Of a stretch of 56,514 bases of DNA, positions 38,522 to 47,876 are shown piece after piece. Positions within the stretch are counted from its first letter, which is position 1; every line of letters begins with the position of its first letter. Both the position numbers and the translations under genes were made by a program. The DNA comes from Vicinamibacteria bacterium. Its GTDB lineage: Bacteria > Verrucomicrobiota > Verrucomicrobiia > Verrucomicrobiales > Akkermansiaceae. A model generated the notes under the pieces. It worked only from the letters and a program-made list of their open reading frames with translations. It ran no database searches and was not told the DNA's origin. Location of the stretch: the NCBI GenBank assembly GCA_964194815.1, contig CAXMOB010000359.1, positions 1-56,514 of the forward strand, written 5' to 3'.

Positions 38522-39391
38522 ATGAAACATCATTTTGCTAATCTCTTGTGTCGACTTATTAAACCGGCATGTATTTTCGGTGGCGTTTCAATTTTGAATA
38601 TAGCTTCGGTTAACTCAGCCACTAAAGTCGAAGTACTGAAGTCTGTGTTGCTGTATAGCGACACGGAAGTGGCTCAATTTGAGAAGGTGAAGCAAGATTG
38701 CCAAATCGAATTTTCAAACTTGCCCTTAATTTATAAAAAACGTTTTATAGCTTCTAATAAAAGTGCTCAAGCATTGTTGATCCAGAATAAGTATCTGAAA
38801 GCTTACTATCACATTTTAGAAGCTGAAGGAATATTTAAGGACAACTCAAGGATTCAAGGGAATAAGGGAATAGTTTATCTAAATTTACGATTGTTTAAAG
38901 AAGCTGAAGTGGCATTTCGACATTCTCTGAAGATAGATCCATTAGCTATTGGGATGCGTTATAATTTTGGGGAATGTTTATTCGCTCAAAAGAAGTTCGA
39001 AGAATCCTACCTAGAGTTCAGCAAAGCATTAAAGTTAGGCAAACTTGCACAACTTCGAGACGTGATTGGTGGTGCTCAAGTGAAAAAGCAACTATGTCTG
39101 ATCGGCTTGATAAACTCCACCGCTGGTAAGGAAAGGGAAGGTTATGTTAAAATGTATGATGAGCTCTACGCGGATATTTCAAAACGTAGATTCGAAGTTT
39201 GTTATTACTACATTCTAGCGATTGAACATTACCGCTTGGGTGATAAAAAAGGGGGTAGCCTGTGGAGGAGGAATGCGAAATATGTATTTCCTGATATCAA
39301 AAAGCACCAGATATTTGTAGATGCCCTGATTGAGTTTGGCTACTTAAATAGTTATTACGGTGGTAAATCTGAAAAGGAAGAGTCTGAGTAA
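38522..39391 (+). CDS. Tetratricopeptide-repeat protein, probably exported
   Basis: TPR-like units such as KGIVYLNLRLFKEAEVAFRHSLKIDP and FGECLFAQKKFEESYLEFSKAL. Confidence 0.75.
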   Translation: MKHHFANLLCRLIKPACIFGGVSILNIASVNSATKVEVLKSVLLYSDTEVAQFEKVKQDCQIEFSNLPLIYKKRFIASNKSAQALLIQNKYLKAYYHILEAEGIFKDNSRIQGNKGIVYLNLRLFKEAEVAFRHSLKIDPLAIGMRYNFGECLFAQKKFEESYLEFSKALKLGKLAQLRDVIGGAQVKKQLCLIGLINSTAGKEREGYVKMYDELYADISKRRFEVCYYYILAIEHYRLGDKKGGSLWRRNAKYVFPDIKKHQIFVDALIEFGYLNSYYGGKSEKEESE

Positions 39392-39428
39392 GAATGTGTA
39401 GCATTACAGGACTCGGGTGATTTAGGTG

Positions 39429-39558
39429 TTATACCATTCTGAGAAACAAAAGCCTGCTTTACATCTCAGTCATGTGGACGGCATCACTGCTTCGTCTAGT
39501 CTTGGCATCTCAAGGCATCACTCCGTTATTAATCCATTTGAAATTCCAAGTTGTATAA
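39429..39558. repeat. Dispersed repeat, copy 2 / possible MITE-like element with imperfect terminal inverted repeats
   Basis: Left end TTATACCATTCTGA, right end reverse complement TTATACAACTTGGA (10/14). Left part is shared with 22736-22762. Confidence 0.45.
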
Positions 39559-39571
39559 GGTGTGAAGTATA

Positions 39572-39610
39572 CAAAAAAGCCTTACGGGTATGTCCCGTAA
39601 GGCTTTTTTG
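39572..39610. terminator. Bidirectional intrinsic terminator between convergent genes
   Basis: CAAAAAAGCCTTACGGG-TATGT-CCCGTAAGGCTTTTTTG. Confidence 0.9.
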
Positions 39611-39636
39611 AGTGTTAATCGAATTTAAGGTAGAAG

Positions 39637-40659
39637 CTACTTAATGTTAGCAATACGATCCTGACAAGCTTGTTTGCCGGTGGCTAAGACCTCGCCGCTT
39701 TTGTCGATGAGGACATAGTGTGGCACGCCACGGGAAGCAAATTTGGTTAATTCGCATTTGTTCATATCGCTTTTAAGGATATGTGGCCATGGAAACTTTT
39801 CTTTTTTAGCCCATTCCTGAGCTTTGGATTCATCTCTATCATAACTCATCATGATGAGTTCGACATTCTTGTTGGACTTGATGCTACTGTTGTAATATTT
39901 CACTAACTGTGAAACAGATTTGCGGCAAGAGCCTCACCAACTGGCAGAGAAGTAGAGCATGTAATAGTCTTCCTTGCCTGATACGTTCCGCTTCTTAAAG
40001 CTAGATCCAGAAAGATAAGATGTTTTGCGATTAGATACTTTTGCAACCCAGTTGCTGCCCCCACCTCCTGTATTTCGATCTGGTTTGTCTGTATCAGTTT
40101 CCTTCTCAGTAGCAGACTTTTTGATTGTGGAATCAAGAGATGCTATACCAGACTTCGTTTCAAAGATAGATAGATCTATGCCTAGTGGAATTTCACCACG
40201 AGATGCTGAAAGGATGATGACAGATGAGTCAGTCTTCCATGCGATTTTTGATATGGTGTTGGCGTCTTGCTTGATGGCTGGAACTCGTTTGCCAACTTGG
40301 CCAAGAGTCTTATCTAATGCTTGTTTCCACTTTGCTGCTTTCAAGGTGAAGTTTTGAGCAGAAGTAGTACTTGCAGACGTACGGCCCAAAATGGTGAAGC
40401 GGATATGGTCCGCAAGCTCGTTGTCGCCTTTCGCAATCACCACACGTTCAATCGCCTGCCCCCAAAGAGTGAGATCACTCGCTGAGGTGACGGAATCGAG
40501 TTGGCCATTTTTCCAGTTTAGTTCAGGAAACGCTTGGACAAACTTTTCTGTGGGTTGAGACCAGACTTTGCTATCATAGGTCAAAGGCTCAAGGTCATAT
40601 CCTGCTGAACATACGCCAGTCAGAACACTTCCCAAAACCATGGGTAGTAACATTTTCAT
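39637..40659 (-). CDS. Exported thioredoxin-fold selenoprotein (UxxC), 340 aa with Sec242
   Basis: Track ORFs 39934-40659 and 39637-39903 are in one frame, separated by one TGA (39934-39936). Read-through gives YYMLYFSASW-U-GSCRKSVSQLVKYY, with U at the first Cys position of a WCxxC motif. A hairpin follows. Confidence 0.85.
39896..39916 (-). promoter_or_regulatory. Candidate bacterial SECIS element (thioredoxin-fold gene)
   Basis: TGTTTCAC-AGTTA-GTGAAATA. Loop begins 26 nt after the TGA, with G at loop position 2. Confidence 0.65.
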
Positions 40660-40759
40660 AAGGTATAACTAACAAAAATGATGGTATCTGACTAGACAAA
40701 AGGACGTAATTCACCTCAGTTTGGTAGACATATGTTCCATTACGGCTTGATGCAGTCTC

Positions 40760-41338
40760 TTAGTGCGAAAACCTTAGAGAGAGGAGGCCTTCGCTGACTT
40801 TGATACTAGAAACAAATTTGTCAGGCAGAGGGGAGTCCATTTTTTCTACAAGCATGGAATAGAGGTTCTTTCCGATATACTTTTTAGCGTAGACCTCAGG
40901 AAGATCAGCGCCCATGCTGGACACTGATGTGATGTGGATTTCTGGTAAACCATCTACCGCACTGAGCTTGATTTCAGCCACGGCTCTGATTTTACGGTTT
41001 GGGAGAACTGGAGAACCAGCAGGCACCTTCATGTATATGTCGGCATGGATGTAGCCGTCAAGTAAGGTAAATTTGACTGTTTTACCATGCTTTGTGTGAT
41101 GGTTTAGGTAACCATTGAGTTCTCGTTGAGAAATGATTAAAGTCTGAGATCGCGGGACTTCACCCTCTTTTAAAGAGTGCATGATGGGGCTTAACTTTTG
41201 ATCGACGGCTTCAATTTCTTCAGTGTTGAGAACCGTGGGGGAAATTTCTCGATGGTAGATATTCCATGCGATGACGAGGCTGATGATGCCTACGACGACT
41301 AGAATGGCTAAGTATTTGAGAACGCGGCCGATGGTCAT
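40760..41338 (-). CDS. Hypothetical protein with N-terminal membrane anchor
   Basis: 192 aa, one TM helix. Co-oriented between selD and the UxxC gene. Confidence 0.7.
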   Translation of the reverse strand: MTIGRVLKYLAILVVVGIISLVIAWNIYHREISPTVLNTEEIEAVDQKLSPIMHSLKEGEVPRSQTLIISQRELNGYLNHHTKHGKTVKFTLLDGYIHADIYMKVPAGSPVLPNRKIRAVAEIKLSAVDGLPEIHITSVSSMGADLPEVYAKKYIGKNLYSMLVEKMDSPLPDKFVSSIKVSEGLLSLRFSH

Positions 41339-41362
41339 GAGAAATGGAGGAGAGGTTGGAGA

Positions 41363-42415
41363 CTACAAGCTCACTTGGATACTAGCTGGCAAAGTTGCTG
41401 AAATAGTTCCAATTTCAGCAGCGCAGATTGAATCGTGAGCTTCTAAAATGGCGACAACTTGTTCTTTCTGTTCTGGTGGGCATGCAATGAGTAGACCACC
41501 AGCGGTTTGAGCGTCAGCGAGTAGAAAGTGCATCCATTCAGGAACATTTTGGTCAAACGTAATATGGGGTGTCACGTTTTGTAAATTTTTACGCGTTCCT
41601 CCTGGAATGATACCATTTTCAATGAGTGATTGCACCTCTGACGAGAGTGCTGGGATAGCAGACGCATTGAGGTGTGCGGTTTTCCCACTGGCGGCACACA
41701 TTTCCCACAGATGGCCTAGTAGACCAAATCCTGTGATGTCAGTGCATGCTCCAGAGAGTCCCTTTTCTCCGATATCTGCACCTGGGGTGTTGAGTTTGAC
41801 CATGGATTCCACAGCGATAGCTTCTAGCTCCTCACTTGCTTTGCCTGCTTTAAGAGCACTGGAGGCTATGCCTGTGCCAAGTGGCTTGGTTAATATGAGT
41901 ATGTCGCCATCACGTAATTGATCATTAGAAAGGTAGTGGTCTGGATGGACTAAGCCAGTGACTGAGAGTCCGTAGATGGGCTCAGGGTTTTTAATGGTGT
42001 GGCCACCCACTAGGCTAGAGTTTGCCTCGATGATTTTATCAGCACCGCCTTTGAATATTTCAGAGATGATTTCTGGTGGCAAGTCGTCTGGCATGCCAGC
42101 GATAGCCATAGCTGTCACTGGTCGCCCGCCCATCGCATAGACGTCGGAAAGAGCATTAGACGCCGCGATTTGTCCAAAAAGATAGGGGTCATCTACAATA
42201 GGAGTGAAGAAATCGAGCGTTTGCACCAGAGCGGTGGAGTCATTGATTTTAAAGACGCCGGCATCATCAGCATTGGCAGAGCCAACAAGCATACGTGGGT
42301 CAACATTTTTAGGAAGGTCTTGCAGCACCTGCGAGAGCGTTCCTGGATCGAGCTTAGATGCTCATCCACCACAGCTGACGAGTGATGTCAGTTTGATTGT
42401 TTCGGCTTTTGTCAT
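41363..42415 (-). CDS. selD: Selenide, water dikinase (selenophosphate synthetase), Sec-containing form, 350 aa
   Basis: DDAGV, QTLDFFTPIVDDP, NALSDVYAMGG, GGHT, LTKPLGTG, TDITGFGLLGH, DAQTAGGLL. An upstream in-frame extension from ATG 42415 reads MTKAETIKLTSLVSCGG-U-ASK, with TGA 42362-42364 at the catalytic Cys/Sec position. Confidence 0.95.
42311..42344 (-). promoter_or_regulatory. Candidate SECIS element of selD
   Basis: AGGAA-CGC-TCTCGCAG-GTG-CTGCAAGA-CC-TTCCT. The apex GCAGGTGCTGC resembles the E. coli fdhF SECIS apex (UGCAGGUCUGCA) and lies ~33 nt after the TGA. Confidence 0.7.
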
Positions 42416-42432
42416 ATTGATTTATTTTCTAG

Positions 42433-42936
42433 TTAAATTTGTTTTGGTTGTAGAACTTTGGCGCGTAATGGGTCACTTGCAGCAAGGTGTGCTAAACCAA
42501 TAGCGAGAGCATCTGCGGCATCGGGAGGAGGAGTTTCATTGAGTCCGAGGAGAGCTCTAATCATGAAGGCTACTTGGGATTTATCGGCTCGGCCTTGACC
42601 TACGACAGCACTTTTTACTTTAGTTGGAGAATATTCAAAGATCTTCAAACCGGCGTCCGCAGCAGCGATCATACTGGCGGCTCGTGAGGCACCCATAGAA
42701 ATGGCAGTTTTGTGTGACTGCACATAGATGATAGCTTCTATAGCGACTTCATCGGGGTGCCATTTATCTATGAGGTTGCGAATTCCGCGTGATATCGCAG
42801 CAAGTGCAGCGGATTGCGGTATTTTTTGAGGAATCGAGATAACACCGTAATCTAGAGCCTTCTGCTGTTTTGCATCACCTTCCACGATGGCAAAGCCTGT
42901 GTTGCGAATAGCTGGGTCGATGGCAAGGATTCTCAT
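42433..42936 (-). CDS. ruvC: Holliday junction resolvase
   Basis: ILAIDP, VAIE, EYSPTKVKSAVVGQGRADKSQV, DAADALAI. Confidence 0.93.
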   Translation of the reverse strand: MRILAIDPAIRNTGFAIVEGDAKQQKALDYGVISIPQKIPQSAALAAISRGIRNLIDKWHPDEVAIEAIIYVQSHKTAISMGASRAASMIAAADAGLKIFEYSPTKVKSAVVGQGRADKSQVAFMIRALLGLNETPPPDAADALAIGLAHLAASDPLRAKVLQPKQI

Positions 42937-42975
42937 GTAGTATCGATAATTAAGCTTAGAATGGTCATAGCGCTA

Positions 42976-43530
42976 CTAAAATTTCTTTTTTATTAACAGG
43001 TATGCAATGGCGAGACATGAACCAAGAGCGGCTCCAAGGTATCCGGCATTGTGGATATAACCGACGACACGAAATTGTTTAGCTTCATCTTCTGTGAGTG
43101 CTGGGATCATTTGTCGCCAGAATCTAAGAGCTTCATCTGTTTCTGTCAGTGGTGCGATCACATAGGCGGCGACACCCAATGAAATGGTGACGAGTATCAT
43201 TCCGCATAGTGCCTTTAATGCAAGTTTTGAGCTATTGGTGCCAAACTTTTTAATGGAGATCCGTCCAAGAACCCAGCCAACGATCAGTCCGATCCACCAG
43301 GTTGAGAGGAAACCAACAGTACTAGCGAACAGGCGTGGGTGCCATCCAAAGTCAAAGTTTTCAAACTGACTTACAAACTTAAACTTATGGAAATAGCTGG
43401 GGCCGATGGTGTAGGTGACCTGGTCGTGGATGATACCAAACATTCCAGCTAGCAGAGCTCCCATCAGAGCTATTTTTGCAACCGCGATAAGCTCGGATTT
43501 TGAAGTAGAAGGAACGATCAGCGATTTCAC
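42976..43530 (-). CDS. Hypothetical multi-pass membrane protein
   Basis: Four hydrophobic segments, GIIHDQVTYTIGPSYF, GYIHNAGYLG. Confidence 0.7.
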   Translation of the reverse strand: MKSLIVPSTSKSELIAVAKIALMGALLAGMFGIIHDQVTYTIGPSYFHKFKFVSQFENFDFGWHPRLFASTVGFLSTWWIGLIVGWVLGRISIKKFGTNSSKLALKALCGMILVTISLGVAAYVIAPLTETDEALRFWRQMIPALTEDEAKQFRVVGYIHNAGYLGAALGSCLAIAYLLIKKKF

Positions 43531-43685
43531 TAGTGCAGTTTGAGTAGGGAATCAAAAAGTGCAAGCAGAACAGATCGTTAAATAGGCTGACAGCAAACAC
43601 CAGATAATTTGATGATGTCAGATAATTTCCTACAAAATCACGAATTCAACTTGAGTTTCTGTATGATAGGTTGCTTGATGAAAAT

Positions 43686-46592
43686 ATGAATTTGAACGCT
43701 TACTCCATGATGCTGGCCACTTTGAGCCTTGTGTCGCCACTTTGTGCCAAAGAATTGAATATAGCGAAAGCGGATATTCATCCGTATGTTGATCATACGA
43801 AGGGTCGCGAAGGGTTTAGATTTACGGATCGCCCGGTAAACGAATACCGAGTCTATGATTTCTACCAGCGACAGGCAGACTATTACATGAGTGGTAAAGC
43901 AAAGGTTCCCGCAGTTTTGCCTAGTTATCCAGGTTTAGATGGAGGAATGCACGGGCACTGGGGTAAAAATAACCAGAATAACCATCAGGATGACCGCTGG
44001 AACAAAATGGGGCACTACGGATTTATAGGGCAGAATATTGACGAGATTGCTCCTGATGGGCATTCGATTAATGTCGATCGCCAACAGCAAATGCATACAG
44101 CATTTTCTGCCCAAACAAATTTAAGTTTCTTCCGCTATTGGGAAGGTGAGTTCGTTTATTTTCACCCTTACCGCTGGGGCACCTCTAATGGGACTAAGCC
44201 GAAAGGTAGGATGCTCGCACAATTAAGCAACGGGAAGGTGGGCAATACTCGAAAAGAGAAGTCGTCAGGGTCGAAGTCTGTTGGTTGGCAAGTAGCGAAG
44301 AAAGATCAGCAATACATTGGGTTGATTGATTCAGATCTTGGGCCAATTTATAGTTATAAAATAAAAGGCACGTCGATGTTGGATACAGTGACCTCACAAG
44401 CGGGTAAAGTGTTTCACCGTGTGATCGAATCTCAGGGTGGATTAAAAGCCGGCAAGCTTGCTTTATTTGACTGCCATAAGTCTGGAATGAAGCAAGAGAC
44501 TGCGGGTGTGTGGTCCGTGAAAAGTGCCGATGGTAAAGTGACTCTATATATCTGCTTAGCACAAAAAGGTGGTCAAGCGAAGTTACTGGTGACGAACGGC
44601 ATGCTTACCTTGGAGGTAAAAAATCTCACCCAAGGCCAGCAATGTAATATCCTCTTCGGTGAAAATCTAGATGCTGTCACGAAAGCGAAAGTGAAGGTGT
44701 CTACTGGATCATTGAAGTTGGTCGAGCTGGCATTGAAGCGCCAGAAAAAATGGCAGAAAACCTACACGGTGGCAGGTAAGCTTGCTGCTAATGACAAAGC
44801 CTATGTGGTAGATGACATACCAGTGCCATTTGAAAACTCAAATAAGTCATTGATGTTTCTGACTGACATTGTGTTTGATAAAGTAGGCACCGCCTTCGTG
44901 ACCACCTTGATGGGTGAAGTTTGGGAAGTGAAAGGTCTAGGGAGTGATCTCAAAAAAGTTATATGGAGGCGTGTCGCAGCAGGACTGAATCAACCGTTTG
45001 GCCTTAAGCTGTGGGACGATAAACTTCATGTATTAGAACGCGACCAAATAACCGTGTTAGAAGATCGTAATAGGGATGGTGAAATGGACTTTTATGGAAA
45101 TTTTTCTAACTTAGTATCGGGTCTATCTGGCAGTCACACCCACAGTTGGGGGATGGCAAAGGACAAAGATGGCTATATTCATTTTGTGGCAGCTTGGAAC
45201 TCCTACCGTATCTCGCCCGATGGTAAGAAGATCGAGACAATGACCAAGGGGCTAAGAAACTGCATGGGCTTTGGGCACATGTCAGATGGCACCATTTTAG
45301 TGGGACCACAAGAGGGCACGAATACGCCAACGTCAGAAATTATCGAAGTGCGTAAAGGTGACAACCATGGGTTTAAGAATAGCGATAAGCTGAGCATTCC
45401 ATTGGGCTATGTGCCAAGAGGAGTAGACAACTCGACTGGAGGGTTCTTAGAAGTTGATAGTAAACGATGGGGGCCATTGGGTAAGAAAGGTGTGCTGGGT
45501 ATCTGCTATGGATATGGCTCATGGTATCAGATTTTATTTGATAAAAACGTTAGTAAGACAGGTCATCGTCAGGTGGCTAGTGTGCCAATGGATGGGAACT
45601 TTTCTAGTGGAGTGACGCGTGGAGCCGTAAATCCGGTGGACGGACAGGTTTACATGGTTGGACTCGATGGATGGGGTGACTACTCAGTGCAAGATGGTTG
45701 TCTGCATCGCTTGCGCTACACTGGTAAGCCATTGTTGGAGCCTATCGCTTATGAAATTTGTGACAATGGTATCAAGATTGAGTTTCCGGAAGCATTGGAT
45801 CCAAACTATATTAATGATGCGTCACATTATTTTGCTCAAATGTGGAATTACAATAATTCACGCCAATACGGTTCACCTGAATTTTCCATTAAGAACCCTA
45901 AGTCATTAGGACATGATCCATTGAAGGTAAGAAGTGCACGTGTGCTCGGTGGTGGCAAGTCGATATTTGTAGAGATTCCTGACCTCCAGCCTGCGATGCA
46001 GATGCATCTGCGCATGCATCTTAAGACGAAGTCAGGACTGGAGTTTAAGAGCGATCTCTTTCCAACTATTGTCAAGTTAGGCGAATTTTATAAATTTGAT
46101 GGAGCCATTGCCAAGGTCGATAAATCTAGGGAATTTATACTCCGCACTGACCGTGAAAGTGGTAAAAAACAATCGTTGTTTACTTCATCTGGTAGAGAAG
46201 ATGCTCACGCAAAGAAGGTGAAAATTCAAACGGTGGTGAGTCTCAAGTATAATGTTAAAAAGTTTACAGTGAAAGCTGGTGAGTCAGTGGCACTAGAACT
46301 TAAAAATATCGATACCATGCCCCACAACTTGGTGATCGTAAATCCAGCAATGAAGAAGCTTGTTGGGGAGGCCGCATTTAAGATGCTGAACGATCCGGAA
46401 GCAATTAAGAAAAGTTATGTGCCTGACGATAAATTGGTAAGGTCCAATGTGGTTGCGTTTACCTACGTGGTCGATCCTAAGGGAACACACACGACCTATT
46501 TCATTGCGCCAAAAGAGAAAGGGGAATATCCGTTTATTTGCACATTCCCGGGTCACTGGCAAGCGATGCAAGGGGTGATGACAGTGGAGTAA
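43686..46592 (+). CDS. Large exported protein: beta-propeller (glucose/sorbosone-dehydrogenase-like) region plus C-terminal azurin-like cupredoxin domain
   Basis: Signal-peptide-like N-terminus, GLNQPFGL and GLRN propeller-type motifs, type-1 Cu ligands PHNLV and YPFICTFPGHWQAM. Confidence 0.75.
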   Translation: MNLNAYSMMLATLSLVSPLCAKELNIAKADIHPYVDHTKGREGFRFTDRPVNEYRVYDFYQRQADYYMSGKAKVPAVLPSYPGLDGGMHGHWGKNNQNNHQDDRWNKMGHYGFIGQNIDEIAPDGHSINVDRQQQMHTAFSAQTNLSFFRYWEGEFVYFHPYRWGTSNGTKPKGRMLAQLSNGKVGNTRKEKSSGSKSVGWQVAKKDQQYIGLIDSDLGPIYSYKIKGTSMLDTVTSQAGKVFHRVIESQGGLKAGKLALFDCHKSGMKQETAGVWSVKSADGKVTLYICLAQKGGQAKLLVTNGMLTLEVKNLTQGQQCNILFGENLDAVTKAKVKVSTGSLKLVELALKRQKKWQKTYTVAGKLAANDKAYVVDDIPVPFENSNKSLMFLTDIVFDKVGTAFVTTLMGEVWEVKGLGSDLKKVIWRRVAAGLNQPFGLKLWDDKLHVLERDQITVLEDRNRDGEMDFYGNFSNLVSGLSGSHTHSWGMAKDKDGYIHFVAAWNSYRISPDGKKIETMTKGLRNCMGFGHMSDGTILVGPQEGTNTPTSEIIEVRKGDNHGFKNSDKLSIPLGYVPRGVDNSTGGFLEVDSKRWGPLGKKGVLGICYGYGSWYQILFDKNVSKTGHRQVASVPMDGNFSSGVTRGAVNPVDGQVYMVGLDGWGDYSVQDGCLHRLRYTGKPLLEPIAYEICDNGIKIEFPEALDPNYINDASHYFAQMWNYNNSRQYGSPEFSIKNPKSLGHDPLKVRSARVLGGGKSIFVEIPDLQPAMQMHLRMHLKTKSGLEFKSDLFPTIVKLGEFYKFDGAIAKVDKSREFILRTDRESGKKQSLFTSSGREDAHAKKVKIQTVVSLKYNVKKFTVKAGESVALELKNIDTMPHNLVIVNPAMKKLVGEAAFKMLNDPEAIKKSYVPDDKLVRSNVVAFTYVVDPKGTHTTYFIAPKEKGEYPFICTFPGHWQAMQGVMTVE

Positions 46593-46631
46593 CTATCAGC
46601 TGGATATTTTTTATGCTCGCAGCAGTTGTGA

Positions 46632-47876
46632 CTAGTCATTTCTAAGAGCCTCGATGGGATCAAGTTGTGCTGATTTAGCTGCTGGGTAGATTCCAAATAT
46701 AAGTCCAATAAGTGCTGAGACGAGGAAGGCTAAGACCACCGTGCCAAACGAAACAATAGCCTCCATTCCGGTCCAATGAGTGATAAGTTTGGGGAAAACG
46801 AGGCCAAGTAACACACCAATAGCACCGCCTGAGATAGAGAGAATCACAGCCTCGATCATGAACTGACTGACGATGTCGCTCTTACGTGCACCAAGGGCAC
46901 GCCTCAGTCCAATTTCACGGGTGCGTTCGGTGACTGTAGCTAGCATGATATTCATGATGCCGATACCACCAACGATGAGTGAGATGGCAGCAATGGAACC
47001 AAGCACAATGTTGAACATACGTTGCGTGGCTTCGGATTCTTTTAGCAACTGAAGGGGGACAATGAGCTTGTAGTCATTCTTCTTGTGTCCGTATTTCATT
47101 AAATTTGCAATCTGTCCTTCACCTCTGAGCACAGCAGCGTGTGACTTCATTTGGATAACAATCGAGTGGAGTTCCAGCATTTCAGCAGTGAAGCTTCCTG
47201 AGACTTGTTTGACGATGAGGTTTCCATAACGTGACTTCATCGTGTTGAGTGGTATATATGCTGCTTTAACTGAATTTCTATCGGCATTCTCACCATCTTG
47301 ATCAACCACTCCTATGACATCATAGTGTTGATTTTTGATCACCACACTATTTTCTAGAGGCTCTTGATAAGGGAATAGTTCCACGGACAAACTTCTAGTG
47401 ATGACACAGACATTTCGACGTTCTATATGGTCGAGATCACTGATGAATCTACCTTTGCTGATGGTGAGTTTTTTCACATCTGATAGTGCCCCAACTGTGC
47501 CTAAAATTTCTGAAGCTGATTCTTTATCGGAGAACTTTACCGGCTCGTTAAGGCGTCGGATGGGAATGGCTGCCTCAACTCCATCGACGGTGGCGAGGAT
47601 GCGTTCGAGATCTAGATAGGTGATGCCGTATTTTAGAATGGAGCCATTGGACTCTTCCTCGACTGGCGGTTTCAATGTCTCTACGATGATATTGTTACTA
47701 CCAAGCCCCTTGATTCTTTCTTGAGCTTGATAGGAAGCCCCTTCACCGATCGCGAGCATAGTGATGACCGAGCAAACGCCAAAAATAATACCTAACACCG
47801 TTAAGCCAGAACGCAGTTTATGCAGCATTAGACTCTTGAAGCCCATTTCAACTGCGTGAAATAATGTGTCAATCAT
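46632..47876 (-). CDS. MacB-like ABC transporter permease
   Basis: KLRSGLTVLGIIFGV, GGIGIMNIMLATVTERTREIGLRRALGA, LDPIEALR. Confidence 0.92.
   Translation of the reverse strand: MIDTLFHAVEMGFKSLMLHKLRSGLTVLGIIFGVCSVITMLAIGEGASYQAQERIKGLGSNNIIVETLKPPVEEESNGSILKYGITYLDLERILATVDGVEAAIPIRRLNEPVKFSDKESASEILGTVGALSDVKKLTISKGRFISDLDHIERRNVCVITRSLSVELFPYQEPLENSVVIKNQHYDVIGVVDQDGENADRNSVKAAYIPLNTMKSRYGNLIVKQVSGSFTAEMLELHSIVIQMKSHAAVLRGEGQIANLMKYGHKKNDYKLIVPLQLLKESEATQRMFNIVLGSIAAISLIVGGIGIMNIMLATVTERTREIGLRRALGARKSDIVSQFMIEAVILSISGGAIGVLLGLVFPKLITHWTGMEAIVSFGTVVLAFLVSALIGLIFGIYPAAKSAQLDPIEALRND

Noticed and set aside
39903-40136. Frameshift linking the two halves of the thioredoxin-like gene via ORF 39903-40136
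   Set aside because: The two halves are already in the same frame, separated only by one TGA. The alternative-frame ORF is not protein-like.
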